Below are positions 29,182 through 42,844 of a stretch of 64,000 nucleotides of DNA, in pieces (the stretch's first letter is position 1; each line of letters starts with the position of its first letter). The DNA lies in NCBI GenBank assembly GCA_951406725.2, contig OX597818.1, positions 116,870,001 to 116,934,000 on the forward strand. The letters are read 5' to 3'. The notes below the pieces were generated by a model. It worked only from the letters and a program-made list of their open reading frames with translations. It was not told the origin of the DNA and ran no database searches. This DNA comes from Octopus vulgaris. Lineage: Eukaryota. Position numbers and translations under genes: made by a program.

Positions 29182-30350
29182 TAAAGAAAAATAATAATGC
29201 GTATGAAATGATAAGATTTCTCACAGTAACACGTTGTCTTGCTATCGCAAACAAGTGCAGATTTAATATCAAGAGGTTAGCATGATTTTTTTAGCATTAT
29301 CACACAATATTACAAAGAAAATCCTGAATTTCTCTATAAGCCAAATGATAGACAAAAAAATAATACAATTAGAACAATCACAAACTAATTTGTAAATGCA
29401 AATAACATTATAAAGAATACAGTAACTTATATATATTCAAAATTAACTACGTTACCTGTAGATAAAAAATAGACTCGTACCTAATTGTCAACAAACGCCT
29501 CAGTAAACATATACAAACCGAAAATCACTTTCTCCAAACCTGTTCATGACACAATGTTAAAATATTCTGAATGTAAGATGGAGGTTAATTTTAAAGAAAT
29601 ATATATGAGTCATACACCTTCTTTCAGTTATATGGAAAATAAGAATTTAGAGAATATATTTAGTTACAACTCGCTTAGAAAGAACGTGCTATTGATTTCA
29701 ACATCAAAGAGTATCTGCTTGGAGGAGATTAGATAAATACGGAAATCGAAAACGTGGTTGGTTTCTGTATCACTATGAAAAGACATTTTGAAAAATCAAA
29801 TAAATTTCCCGACTGACAAAAGCAACATCTAATTTTTGAAAAGATACCGACACCGTATGTATCAGCTGGAAACCGAATTTAGTATCACTCCAAACAAGTG
29901 GTAAGTAAATAGACTATAATTCAAAAGCAAGTTATAACATAAATGAGTGCATATGTCCTATTCTGTTTCGACAACGCAAAGCACATTATACGCTTATGGC
30001 TAAATATTATGGTGATATTGCAATTGTGTACAAATGTACGTGTGTGTCTATAATACAAATGAAATTATCGCTGTATATGCTAGTTAACAATACTAAACAT
30101 ATTCAAACATTATGGGAATATTTCTGCATTTATTTCATCCTTGTGTCAATTAAAATAATTTTGTTTTATTTTCATTTGTTTCCAATTAAAATGATTTTAT
30201 TTTCACGTGTTTCTTTTCAACGGTTGCATTTAAATGTCTCCATTTCCCCCATTCTCCAGATTTGGTTCCTTTGTCACTCTTGCTTTCCATCATTAGTGGC
30301 TCTTCATGGGGAAAGGAACGAGAGAATTACATACATACATACATTCATAC

Positions 30351-30399
<49 letters not shown>

Positions 30400-31799
30400 T
30401 ACACGCACATTACACACACACATATATATATATGTCAACTCCGAGACATCAGACTCAGCAATGACATCCCAGTTTTGCGTCATTTCAACTTTTAAAAATA
30501 GTACATTTTTGCCCTATTTTTAGATTTAATTTTTTTTATATTTGCATTATTTGGTTGACATGTGTAAAATGGCATTGTGTTAAAGGCCAAAATTTTAGCT
30601 TTCATTTGCATCATGAACCGTCAAAATATATCAGGAAAAAGTATCAAATTTCACAAAATTTTAAGTAATTTTGGATTATTTTTGTGATTTTACGTGCACG
30701 CGTAAGTGAAAGCGGGGGAGAGTTCGAGAAAAAGGAAGAGTAAGAGAGTGGGAAAGTGAGAGAGAAACAAAGAGGGAGACTGTGGCGATAAGAAACAGAA
30801 AGGAAGCAACAGAAAGTAACAACCACACTCTCACCCACGCGTAGAGCGGTTCACCTTAAGCTAGTTGCTTATAATGGAAAGTAGACAAATGAAAAACTGG
30901 AATGTATACAATATATTGAAGAAAGATTAATGAGAGACATCTGCATTGAAAGTGACAGGAAATATAAACGAAAGTTAGACAGGTGAAGAGAACTTCAAAT
31001 AAAAAAGAATAGAGGAAGTAGATATAAGAAGTATTTGGCATTTATATGGATATGGATACTTTGAAATGTGCACTCACATATAAACTGATACTGTTATCGG
31101 AGAAAAAATCATGAGACAGCTAAATAAAGAATAAACTTATATACATCTAAAAATATCGCTCCAAGAAATTAAGAGGAGTCAGTAGAGAAGTGAAGGTAGA
31201 GGCAAGTAAATATTTTATCTCTGGACGTAGATTAAAAAGAGAGGTATTTTTAAGACACTGATGAAGAAGACGGAGGGGAAATAAAAGGTTGAAAGAGCAA
31301 ATGTATAATCAAATAAAAAGAAGAAATGAGAAACTGGTTGATATGTATATTTGATGACGATATAGCGAATAACTCAGATTTGTACTTAACGAAATGAAAT
31401 AAAGTGACCCAGAAAAGTGAATAGGGAAACCAGATTCAAGTTTTCTTTCGAATTGTGAGACGAAAAACTAGCTTAACAAAAATCTGAAATCTGTTTATGA
31501 TATGCCTTTCAGCAACACTTAACAAATAAAGAGCTGTTAATATTATGGTGTGGCTTATTCTGCCGAGGTCCACTTTGCCTTTTATCATTTCGGGATCGAT
31601 GAAATAAGTTCCAGTTGAGCACTAATCAACTAGCTCCCATCATCGAAATTGCTGGCCCTGTGCCAATACTTGAAACTGATATTATGTGACTTAGGAAGAA
31701 AAACATTATTAAAACTGATTATTATCATTATCATCATCATCATCATCAGTATTATTATTATTATTATTATTATTATAATTATTATTATTATTATTATTC

Positions 31800-32320
31800 A
31801 GTGGCGAGTTGGCAGAATCGTTAGCACGCCGGGTAAAAAGCTCGGCAACATTTTGCCCGTCTTTACGATCTGAGTTCAAATACCACTGGGGTAGACTTTG
31901 TCTTCTATCGTTTTAGGGTCATGAAATAAGTATCAGTTGAGTACTGGGGTTATCTAATCGACTATTCCCTTCCCCAAATTTCGGGCCTTGTGCCTATAGT
32001 AGAAAAGATTATTATTATTATTGTTATTATTATTGTTATTATTATTATTATTGTTGTTGTTGTTGTTGCTGTTACTGTTGTTGTTGCTGTTGTTGTTGCT
32101 GTTGTTGTCGTTGTCTTTGTTGTTCTTAAGGCGGACAAATTGCTTAGCTGCATTTCTTCCGATTTTACATTCTATGCTCAAATGCTACCGAGGTCGAATT
32201 CGCCTTCCATCCTTTCGGGATCGGTCAAATAAGTACATATTGAACACTAGGGTCAATGAAATCGACTTACCCCGCCCCACGCCTCCTATGAAATTTCTGG
32301 CCTTGTGTCATAATTTCAAA
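31800..32320 (+). mobile_element. Two diverged SINE family A copies separated by (ATT)n/(GTT)n
   Basis: Head gtggcgagttggcagaatcgttagc and degenerate cores. Confidence 0.75.
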
Positions 32321-33289
32321 GCATTATTATTCTTAAATGATCTGCTATGTGCATATGATGACCATCGGGCCTCTGTCTGCCGAATAAAAGCAAGAAACGC
32401 GATACACAATTTTTTGGTTCAAGCATTAGTTGATCAAATCAGCATCTTAGTTTCTGCAATAACAAATCCCAACCTTCACCATTTTGAATTAAATTGGTGT
32501 TGTTTCGGTGCTACCGGTCCTCTATCTGTAATTTCGATCTCCAAGTTTACATAAATTACTAAATTTCAATTCTATTTTTAGCATTTGTTCCCCTGTCAAG
32601 TTAACCCCAACAGATCCATATTATCATGATTGGATGTGTATTGGTAACGACAGTATACTTGAAGAATCGCTAGAGCAATGGTCAAAATTATTTATTTCAT
32701 TTAATTCCTGCATATTACTCTAATTTCAAATGTTTAGTAAGTTAACTTTGAATTTCAGACCTTGGAATTTCATTTAGTACTAATCAGAGATCGATATCAT
32801 AAACGAATTATTCCCCACCAATAATACAAACAATAAAATCAACTTGATTGTTTGCTGAAATCATAAAAATTATTCTGCATTCATTGGAGGAAATTTTCAC
32901 TTAGCTTTCATTAAATATCTGCTGATATTTTGCATCTTATTTTTATGCCCCCTAATGTGTACTAAATAAAGAAAGATTCCCAAGTGAATATGCTAGCATC
33001 AGCCAAAAGCAATCAAAAGTCATGTTTTTTCCAAATCGTTTACTATTTCAAAACGCTAATTATTCAAACAAATGAGAAAATAATAGGATACGTTATCTTA
33101 TGGACAAGAATAATCCATCTTAGAATGGCGGACATATTTTTTCCATAATGTAAAAGAAATTAAATATCAATATATTCGTCTTTATAAAGACAAATGCATG
33201 TCCAGATACCATGTCCTACTTCCGCGACAGGATAATCATCCAACAGAATGGCGATCGATAACCTGCATAATTTGGATTTTCAGTTTTGG

Positions 33290-33880
33290 CACACGACCAG
33301 CAAGTTCAGGTGAGGGGTAGTCGATTGCATTGACCCCGGTTTTCAGTTGGTATGTTTTATCGACTTCTAAACTTTAGAGGTCGAAAACATAAATACCAGT
33401 TGAGCACTGGGGCCGATGTAATCGACTTAACCCGTCCATTGAAATCGCTGGCCTTATGCCAAAATTTGAAGCCAGTTTCATTTAGCTTTTAAGGCGGTAA
33501 GCTGGCAGAAACGTTAACACGTCCGGTGAAATGCTTAGCGGTATTTCGTCTGCCGTTACGTTCTGAGTTCAAATTCCGCCGAGGTCGACTTTACCTTTCA
33601 TCCTTTCGGGGTCGATTAAATAAGTACCAGTTACGTACTGGGTCGATATAATCGGCTTAATCCATTTGTCTGTCCTTGTTTATCCTCTCTGTGGGTAGTA
33701 AAGAAATAAGAATCTTTAACACGCCGGATAAAAATTTCTTAGTATTTCGTCCGTCTTTACGTTCTGAGTTCGACCTTGCCTTTCATCATTTCGGGAGCGC
33801 CGGGGTCGATAAAATATGTACCAATTGTACAATCAACTACCCGTCCCCGATCTTGCAGGCCGTGGGCCAAAATTGGAAAT
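33290..33880 (+). mobile_element. Cluster of SINE family A copies; best copy at 33493-33710
   Basis: Family A head and core. Confidence 0.85.
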
Positions 33881-35068
33881 CAAATTATATGGTTCTGTCA
33901 ATGTCATATATAATACCAAATGACAAGATTTTGTTGCATTTTGTCATCATCGCTGCTTGTGTCCATCGTCTATCAGATTTACCTTGTAACGGTCAGATTT
34001 ATTTAGCTCTGTGTAGTTACAGGAATGGCATAAATCCATCATTCTAAGTAAAAACAAACTGAAATAGAAGAATGATATATTGACTTGTTGTACCGGATAG
34101 GAAATCAGAGAAGATAAACCCCCAGAGAATTGGAGTTTATGTAATTGGCAGGAACTTTCCTTGATAATCTGGGATTACAAGAAATTGATATTTTTGATTA
34201 TCTAAAATCCCTGCGTCATTAAATCGGAATTCTGTAACAAGTTGTATCGTTTAAAATAATATGATACGTGAGAAGAATGTTGAAAATATATCTGTCTTTC
34301 AAATCGTTTTATCTACAAAACATAGGTCTACTGGATATGGCACGTATTGTCATAATCCTCGTAGGCTGTAATTTTCATTTGTAAACATTAGTTCCTCTGA
34401 GATTTTGATGCCTTTGCGAAACCTACCAATGCCAGACATTCTCATTATCACTTTCGTATATTTCCCAAGGAAGACATGATTTAATACAAATTATGTGAAG
34501 ACTGTAGAAAAGGAATTCAATATGAACTAGATCAAAGATGTGTAAACTACATGATTAGCGTTGTGTGTGTGTGTGTTTCGTGAAGTAAATTGATTCGTCT
34601 CTGTATACATCGATATCTTTATACACGCTTATATGTGTGGTCTGATCAATAAGTTTGCGGACTGTTGTTAAAGTAACGAAACTAAAGCACGCAGAGTAAA
34701 GACGCTTGGCACAGATTGACCTTGAACACAGCTGTGCATGCGCACTAAGTTTTAGTGTTCTAGCTCGCTTTCACTCTTTACAGCACTAGCGACAAATATT
34801 ACTCAGTGTCTACTCTTCTCCAACATTAACAAGAGAGATTTGCACAGTCTAAATAGTATTCTTGCCAAATAAAATTATATTCAACATCTAAACTTAGATG
34901 AAAATAAACTTATGCTGCTTTCCAACCCCCAGTATAAAATATTTCAGATCAGTCTCTTATTTTGTGGACAGTATTTTTACGTCGGTGCGTCGCTTCTATG
35001 AAATTTATCGTTTGTGACTACTATAATTACAGTATAATTATATTTAATTTTGATAAAAATTCGGTCAT

Positions 35069-35140
<72 letters not shown>

Positions 35141-35974
35141 AACAGGTCATTTGTTTAATAGTAAAATAATACGTCTGTGTTTTACAGTTTCGTAAACTAG
35201 ACGCGTATCATATCACAAGGATAATACAATTAACATTTTTTAAATTTTTTTTTTTTCAAAATATAATAAATTCACTTTTTATTCTTCCAAAATGTATTCA
35301 TTATCAATTTATGAAATTCATATCCACATTTTTAATGCTATTAAATTAATAGCGGTGTAATTAGATTTTATATTTTATAAGTTAGATCTTACTGTGCAAG
35401 AGAGAATTTCATTGTATGAAACGAACGTCGGTGTTAAACTTTCATATTTAGAAATTCTGTCGGCATATTGATTTGAACTATTATCCCCAAATGATACTTC
35501 AGTTATATGAGGTGTAAATCTCAGAAAGCAAGTATTTCGTGTGGTATTCTAAAGCTACATTCCAGATCTCTTGATCTCAGCTTGCTTGTCAACCACAAGT
35601 TTCCGGGCTCAGTCCCACTGCAGGGCCCCTTGGGCAAGTGTCTTCTGCTATAGCCTCCAAATATAGATACCAAATGAAAATTGTCAAAGTGTAGCACAAC
35701 GGTTTAGCATTCTTAAAAGTGTAGTAAGTCCCACATACGACAGTTTTGCAAAAGTATTTCTGACTGAAAATATCATACATGCATGGAGTTACGATCTTAT
35801 GAACCGAACAAAGTATTATCGTTGAGTTGAAACTGTGCTAATTTATAAAGAAATGGAATGGTGAAACTATTGTTTCGTTTCCTGAAAAAGCAACGTTTTG
35901 GACTTACGATAATTTTGCATAATAGCAACGATACATACTTACATACGTATATGCACACATACATATACACACAA

Positions 35975-36007
<33 letters not shown>

Positions 36008-36014
36008 CGTGTAG

Positions 36015-36428
36015 GTATGTGGTAAGAAGCTTGCTTCCCAACCACATGGTTCCGGGTTCACTCCCACTGCGTGGCATATTAGGCAAGTGTCTTCTTCTAT
36101 AGCCTTGCGCCGACCAAAGCTTTGTGAGTGGATTTGGCACAGGGAAACTGATAGAAGGCCGTCGTATATGTGTATATATATTTATATATATGTGTGTTTG
36201 CGCGTGTATGTATGTGTGTGTGTGTGTGGTTGTGTGTCCGCGTTTATCCCTCCACCATTGCTTAACAACCGATGCTGGTGTGTTTACGTACCCGCAATGT
36301 AGCGGTTTGACATACGTGACCGATAGAATAAGTACAAGGCCTACAAAAGAATAAGTCCCGATTTGTTCGACTAAAGGCGGTGCTCCAGTCTGGCCGCAAC
36401 TGACAGACTGAAATAAGTAAAAGAATAC
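36015..36428 (+). mobile_element. tRNA-derived SINE family B with an internal (TA)/(TG) microsatellite
   Basis: gtggtaagaagcttgcttcccaaccacatggttccgggttca...ggcaagtgtc...aaaccgatgctggtgtgtttacg...aagtaaaagaat. Confidence 0.9.
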
Positions 36429-36513
36429 ACACACACATACACAGAAACACACACACACATATATATATACACGTGCGTATATATATTCTTTCACTTGTTT
36501 CAGTATTATATGC

Positions 36514-36575
<62 letters not shown>

Positions 36576-37349
36576 GGTGTGTGTGTATGTGTGCATGTTG
36601 GAATGTTGTGGATGAATAGCACCTGTGAGACTGAAAGCTATACCAACCTCCACGAATTGGACACCACTGAATAGTACCGAAACATCTTAGGTTTCAAAGT
36701 CCCACAAATTTTCTATAAAGCCAAATTTCTGCAGAGATCCACGAAGTGTAGTTATAGTTGTTTTGAGAAACATAATTGAGAAGATTGTTTATCGGAGATG
36801 TTAGCTGAACTCACATCATGGCGAGAAATGCAAATACGACTGCCACCGTTGTGAAAGTCACATATTCAACACAAGCAATTAATCGACGAGTTTAGAAGTG
36901 AAATTAAATAAAGTAGCAATCACACGACAAACATATTTGTTTAATTGGAGGAACACTTAATATTATAACAAAAGAGATGTGTACGATATTTTTAGGGTTA
37001 GATGTAGATGAATAGCTTCTTGATGTTCGCATGTACACAGAGTATATTGTTGGGCATGCTTTCTGTTTTCAAATGATAAAAATATATGGAGTAGTTCAGA
37101 TAAAAATATTTGTCAAATAAATATAAATGAGTGAAAACGCAAAACTATCAGAAAAATCTCTTGCAAGCTGTAATATATGAAAAAGATTACGGTAAAATAC
37201 AGTTTAACAATATTTGTCGAGAGAAAATGTGAACTCGTGACAATGAACAAAATCAGCTTTTTATGAGTATCAGAAAGCACGAAAGATATATCGATGCCGT
37301 ATGTTACTCAGCAAAAAAAAAAAATAAATAAATAAATAAATAAAATATA

Positions 37350-37715
37350 AAAAAAATACAATCCATTCACAACGAAATGACTTCGGGAAGAAGATGTCAT
37401 TTTAGTGAAATCCACCGAATTTATTGATATGCTTATCTGGATATAATGAACATTTCTGAAGATTCCTTGAAAATGCAGCATCATTCAGAGAACGGAATAT
37501 CTAATACTACAGGACCTTATAGAAACTGTCTCATATGCTATGATTGATGAATAATAAAACAATATGCTATGATTGATGATTTTCTTTTTTTTTTTTTTTT
37601 TTTTTTTGGTAAGAGATAAAATATCTAAAATAAAATTTCTGTAATGCTGGACGAAACCATTGTAATTTCAAATTCATTTCAGTTGGCATATGTGCTTTGC
37701 TATTTACTAGATAAT
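37350..37715 (+). mobile_element. Degenerate hAT (ZMYM1/Charlie-like) transposase remnant, probably extending upstream
   Basis: From 37638 it reads SVMLDETIVISNSFQLAYVLCY, close to the hAT motif FSI.LDETTD.S...QL....RY. The upstream GISNT..DLIETVS resembles S..IQN.LI..I. Confidence 0.55.
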
Positions 37716-37782
37716 GTCTATTAATACAGTTCTATAGTTAAGAGATGAAGAATTACGTTCACTATTTACATTATTTACCTCG

Positions 37783-37834
<52 letters not shown>

Positions 37835-37954
37835 AATCAAGGAACGGCCATAATAGGCCATTCACCCACTAGAAATAACAGCCAAAGCTTCAACCGCAAA
37901 ACAACATTAATTCCGCAAACCAGGAGAAAATTTAAAAAACATTTACCCTGTAAT

Positions 37955-38057
37955 TTCTTATACGATGCACCGTTTCATCTATTGTTTAATTGTAAACTAA
38001 CCTGATTAAATTAAATCAAGCTAATCTTCCATAGGCCGATAGATTCGTCAGTAAGAA
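37955..38057 (-). ncRNA. Type I hammerhead ribozyme, unit 1
   Basis: Minus strand: TTCTTA-CTGACGA-ATCTAT...ATAGAT-GAAA-CGGTGCATCG-TA-TAAGAA. Stems I and II are 6 bp each, and the cleavage triplet is GUA. Confidence 0.88.
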
Positions 38058-38439
38058 CAGCCAGATCGGAGCAGATAATTTTCACGAGGCACTTCTATCC
38101 CTTGCCTCGGCAATATCTGACCTAAAATTTTCAAATCATCGCACTCGCGCCAAATTTATCGGCAGCAAATATAAGCTGCCGATTCCATTACGGAATTAAC
38201 CAGAAAATTCATAATTAATCAATATAGGGTGGCAAAAAATTTCGTAGAATTTTTTTGCCACCAGCGGCCTAGTGGGAAAAAATTAAATAGTCATAGACCA
38301 TTTATAAGTTCAACATCACAATCAAGGAACGGCCATAATAGGCCATTCACCCACTACAAATAACAGCCAAAGCTTCAACCGCAAAACAACATTAATTCCG
38401 CAAACCAGGAGAAAATTTAAAAAACATTTACCCTGTAAT

Positions 38440-38542
38440 TTCTTATACGATGCACCGTTTCATCTATTGTTTAATTGTAAACTAACCTGATTAAATTAAA
38501 TCAAGCCAATCTTCCATAGGCCGATAGATTCGTCAGTAAGAA
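38440..38542 (-). ncRNA. Type I hammerhead ribozyme, unit 2
   Basis: Same fold as 37955-38057. Confidence 0.88.
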
Positions 38543-38925
38543 CAGCCAGATCGGAGCAGATAATTTTCACGAGGCACTTCTATCCCTTGCCTCGGCAATA
38601 TCTGACCTAAAATTTTCAAATCATCGCACTCGCGCCAAATTTATCGGCAGCAAATATAAGCTGCCGATTCCATTACGGAATTAACCAGAAAATTCATAAT
38701 TAATCAATATAGGGTGGCAAAAAATTTCGTAGAATTTTTTTGCCACCAGCGGCCTAGTGGGAAAAAAATTAAATAGTCATAGACCATTTATAAGTTCAAC
38801 ATCACAATCAAGGAACGGCCATAATAGGCCATTCACCCACTACAAATAACAGCCAAAGCTTCAACCGCAAAACAACATTAATTCCGCAAACCAGGAGAAA
38901 ATTAAAAAAACATTTACCCTGTAAT

Positions 38926-39028
38926 TTCTTATACGATGCACCGTTTCATCTATTGTTTAATGGTAAACTAACCTGATTAAATTAAATCAAGCCAATCTTC
39001 CATAGGCCGATAGATTCGTCAGTAAGAA
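38926..39028 (-). ncRNA. Type I hammerhead ribozyme, unit 3
   Basis: Same fold as 37955-38057. Confidence 0.88.
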
Positions 39029-40122
39029 CAGCCAGATCGGAGCAGATAATTTTCACGAGGCACTTCTATCCCTGCCTCGGCAATATCTGACCTAAAATTT
39101 TCAAATCATCGCACTCGCGCCAAATTTATCGGCAGCAAATATAAGCTGCCGATTCCATTACGGAATTAACCAGAAAATTCATAATTAATCAATATAGGGT
39201 GGCAAAAAATTTCGTAGAATTTTTTGCCACCAGCGGCCTAGTGGGAAAAAATTAAATAGTCAAAGACCATTTATAAGTTCAACATCACAATCAAGGAACG
39301 GCCATAATAGGCCATTCACCCACTACAAATAACAGCCAAAGCTTCAACCGCAAAACAACATTAATTCCGCAAACCAGGAGAAAATTAAAATTTTTGAACC
39401 CAAAAATATGAACCCAAAAGCAAAATAGTTGCTCAGGCCTTTGATTTTGTTGTTATCATGACTGGCCAATTAACTGGCCAGTGGTCAAGAGGCGAGGGGA
39501 AATATCCAAATAATTTTTTCATTCACAGTTTAGGAAGCAGAGGAAATTTAGTCGTACCGCTAGCTATAGTAAGTGTAAAAAAACGCAAAGTATTCTTTAT
39601 GAATATTTGTTTCTTGTCTATAAAGCTATAAAAATACCGCATATTTGAAATTAAGCAACGAAGAAATATATCAGTCACTCATTGGAATTATCCCTCAAGA
39701 CTTGCCGAAATTTCATTTGACTGTAAATAGTCACTTCTCGCTATGTTTATAAAATGAGACGTCCTATATCTGATACACCGTATAAGTCATCTATCTATAC
39801 AGGTGGCTTGTTATTTTTTATTATCCATCAAAAATTTTAATTTTAATTTTCTCTTAAATCACTTTTGTAACATTTCCGTATTGTCAGATACACTATGCAA
39901 TGTATGAGAGATAAACATTTATGATTTATCTATTGTGTCAAAAAAAGTAAGATACAGCTGGCTTTGGAAGAGAAGAGACAGGAGCAAAACAACATTTTTG
40001 AAACAATGGAACATAGTTAAATGAAACTATTTAAAATAAATGAAAGTGAGTCTGTGTTTAAATGACACGTAAGAAATGATGAAACGAAGACTTCATTCTC
40101 GCAGTTATATGTAAAAGTATAT

Positions 40123-40540
40123 GGGCGCAGTAATGGCTGTGTGGTAAGTAGCCTGCTTACCAACCACATAGTTCCGGGTTCATTACCTCTGCGTGGTGGG
40201 CAAGTGTCTTTTACTTTAGCCTAGGGCCGACCAAAGCCTTGCGAGTGGATTTGGTAGACGGAAACTGAAAGAAGCCCGTCATATATATGTATATATATAT
40301 ATATGTGTATGTGTGTGTATATGTTTGTGTGTCAGTGTTTGTCCCCCCCCCCCAGCATCGCTTGACAACCGATGCTGGTGTGTTTACGTCACCGTCAATT
40401 AGCGGTTCGGCAAAAGAGAGCAATAGATTAAGTACTAGGCTGACAAAGAATAAGTCCCGAGATCGATCTACTCGACCAAAGGCGGTGCTCCAGCACCGAC
40501 GCAGTCAAATGAGTGAAAGACGTAAAAGAGTAAAAGAGTA
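40123..40540 (+). mobile_element. SINE family B, full length
   Basis: Head ggcgcagtaatggctgtgtggtaag, internal microsatellite and (gtaaaaga)n tail. Confidence 0.92.
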
Positions 40541-41130
40541 ACGTAATCATTGAACAGCTTAATGTCAAAATTTGGAACCATCGAAATTCTTTGAAGTTGT
40601 ACGATGTCCATCACTATGTGAGTTTTGAAAACGATTTCTAGAGCTTGATGTGTAAGTATAAGAATTTATTTGATTTTGATACGCTTAGATAAGTTTAAAA
40701 ATTATACATAATAGCATTTTCGAGTTTTACATGGGGAAAATTGTTCGAGAAAGTGTAAAGCATGTAAAATCATTCTTTTCTAGTGGTTCACGAAGTTATT
40801 TGACTTTCAACTGAATTAATATTATCAAGATCAAGAAAGAATGCAACATTCTGCTCCTCAATAAACTGAAATGAGGATTATTACACAATCTTCGAAGACA
40901 GCGACACGCATGACATCAAAGTTGCTGATAGTTATGCACTTAAGCAACAACAATTCCATTAAACTACAATTCAAATTGCACGTTAAGATAACAATTTTAT
41001 TGTAATACGTCCTGTTTGATGTGTCCAATGAAATTGCTTTGTGCACTTCTTTTCCCCCCATTTCAAGACGCTATTAATGTGTATGTTAATGAATGTATGT
41101 ATGTGTGAATCCATACAAATGTGCATGAAG

Positions 41131-41188
<58 letters not shown>

Positions 41189-42079
41189 CATGCATCCGTC
41201 CGTCCGTCCGTCCGTCCGTCTGTCTGTCTGTCTAACTGTCTAACTGTCTATCTATCTAACTGTCTATCTATCTAACTGTCTATCTATCTAACTGTCTATC
41301 TATCTAACTGTCTATCTAAGATCTGGGGTCGATTTCCTCGACTAAAGGCGGTGCTCTAGCATGACCGCAGTCAAATGACTGAAACAAGTAAAAAGAATAC
41401 ATACCACAGGAGTAAATCTCTTTATATAATAATACTTTGAATGTAACTCCCGAGAAAGAGCAAAGGTAATTACCCGATCAACGACGGATATTACTACAAA
41501 TATCTTCATAAAATAGCGACACGGTAAAGAAGACCATTAAGATAACAATGATTGTGAATATAACCGCCGAGGATGCTTTGAGCCATGAAAATGTACAAGA
41601 CAATGCCTGAATATTGTCAGCAGTCCATAAACACACAATGCAATCATAAAGCATGTAGAAGATGCATTAGTTACACAAAGATAAGCTTTGTTATGAAATC
41701 TTCTGCAGGTATTTCGGGACGACAATAGCTTCGTTGCTCAGCTTGTAGGCGTGAACGTTGTAATGAGGAGTGAATCAGCCTGCTCCAAGTATAGTATCTT
41801 CTTAAGTCCAATGTCATCATGATCCTCTTTCTAACTCCGGCTGTCTCCTAACTGGTTATCTCCATTGTGGGTTCTTTAATTTGCTTGAGTTCCAAACCAG
41901 ACATCGGCCAAACGTAGAGAAATGAGCTTGCTGGAAAACTGTGGCAGGGACTTTTACTGGAAAATGTGCTTTCATGTAATCCTTTGACAAGACCCTGTTG
42001 CTTATTGGCCCAAACTCACTGCATTTGGAAACTCTGCAATTTTCTTAGGAACATTATTAGGCTTTGAATTTTACTGATC

Positions 42080-42430
42080 TCATCTCAGTGTTCATCGTCT
42101 TCCAGGGACGTTCTTCCACTTTCAAAGCGTTAATGCCATTCGATACATTGCATACGACTCATTGTCTCGTCGCTGTATGCTTGGCGAAGCTGGCTCAATG
42201 TCTTTGTAGCAGACTTCCAAAGTTTAAAAGCAAAATTTCACGTGGTTCTTTGAACCAACTTTCTGTCATTGATAAAATCGCAGACTGCAGCATATACGTG
42301 ATCAGAAAAACACAAATTTGGCAACAAGCGAAGTTTACACACGCACCGTCATATGAAGGTCACTGTCAGCTTTCACTGCGCACACAACCATGTGCTGCGA
42401 TCTGTCGGTCTGCTATAGAACTGGTCACTA
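42080..42430 (-). mobile_element. Mariner 5' fragment, same family as 248-630
   Basis: The minus strand reads KSATKTLSQLRQAYSDETMSRMQCIEWH*RFESGRTSLEDDE. The leader aligns with 270-360. Confidence 0.8.
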
Positions 42431-42441
42431 TATATATATAT

Positions 42442-42844
42442 AAATTATAAATTAGGGTATCTACGAGATACCATGGCGGGCATTTTGTACTGGCCATGAT
42501 GCATACGTGCATATATATCTATGTATACGTTCGTATATATAAGTATTCGTATGTTGTATTTATGTTTCTCTTCTGTGTGTATTCTAAGGACGAGGCAAAG
42601 CATTCATAAATGCAAAGTCAGAAATCCGGGATCTAGAATTATCCAGTAATTTTTTACTAGTTTCATCTTCTCTCTTTGTTTTCTCTCCGTGTTGTGATAT
42701 GGACAATTACGGTGGTTTTCAGCATGGTGGTATCTCGTAGATACCCTAATTTATAATTTTAATAATTACTACCTTTGAAGGTTATTTTTTCCATGCTGGC
42801 CACTTGATAAAATCGTTATTTTATTTTAAATTAACGATCTTATC

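Larger units (their letters stand above)
37831..39390 (-). mobile_element. Retrozyme-like tandem array: about 3.2 units of 483-486 bp, one HHR per full unit
   Basis: Units start (tcacaatcaagg) at 37831, 38316, 38802 and 39285 and are near-identical. There is no ORF, and the left end abuts (TA)n. Confidence 0.9.

Noticed and set aside
37831-39390. Array considered as CRISPR, 5S rDNA or an ordinary satellite
   Set aside because: There is no repeat-spacer structure and no 5S or tRNA sequence. An HHR in every full unit explains it better.
41700-42075. Possible L1/Tx1-like RT remnant on the minus strand
   Set aside because: There is only a faint F...GLEL..K-like trace, which is not enough without a profile search.
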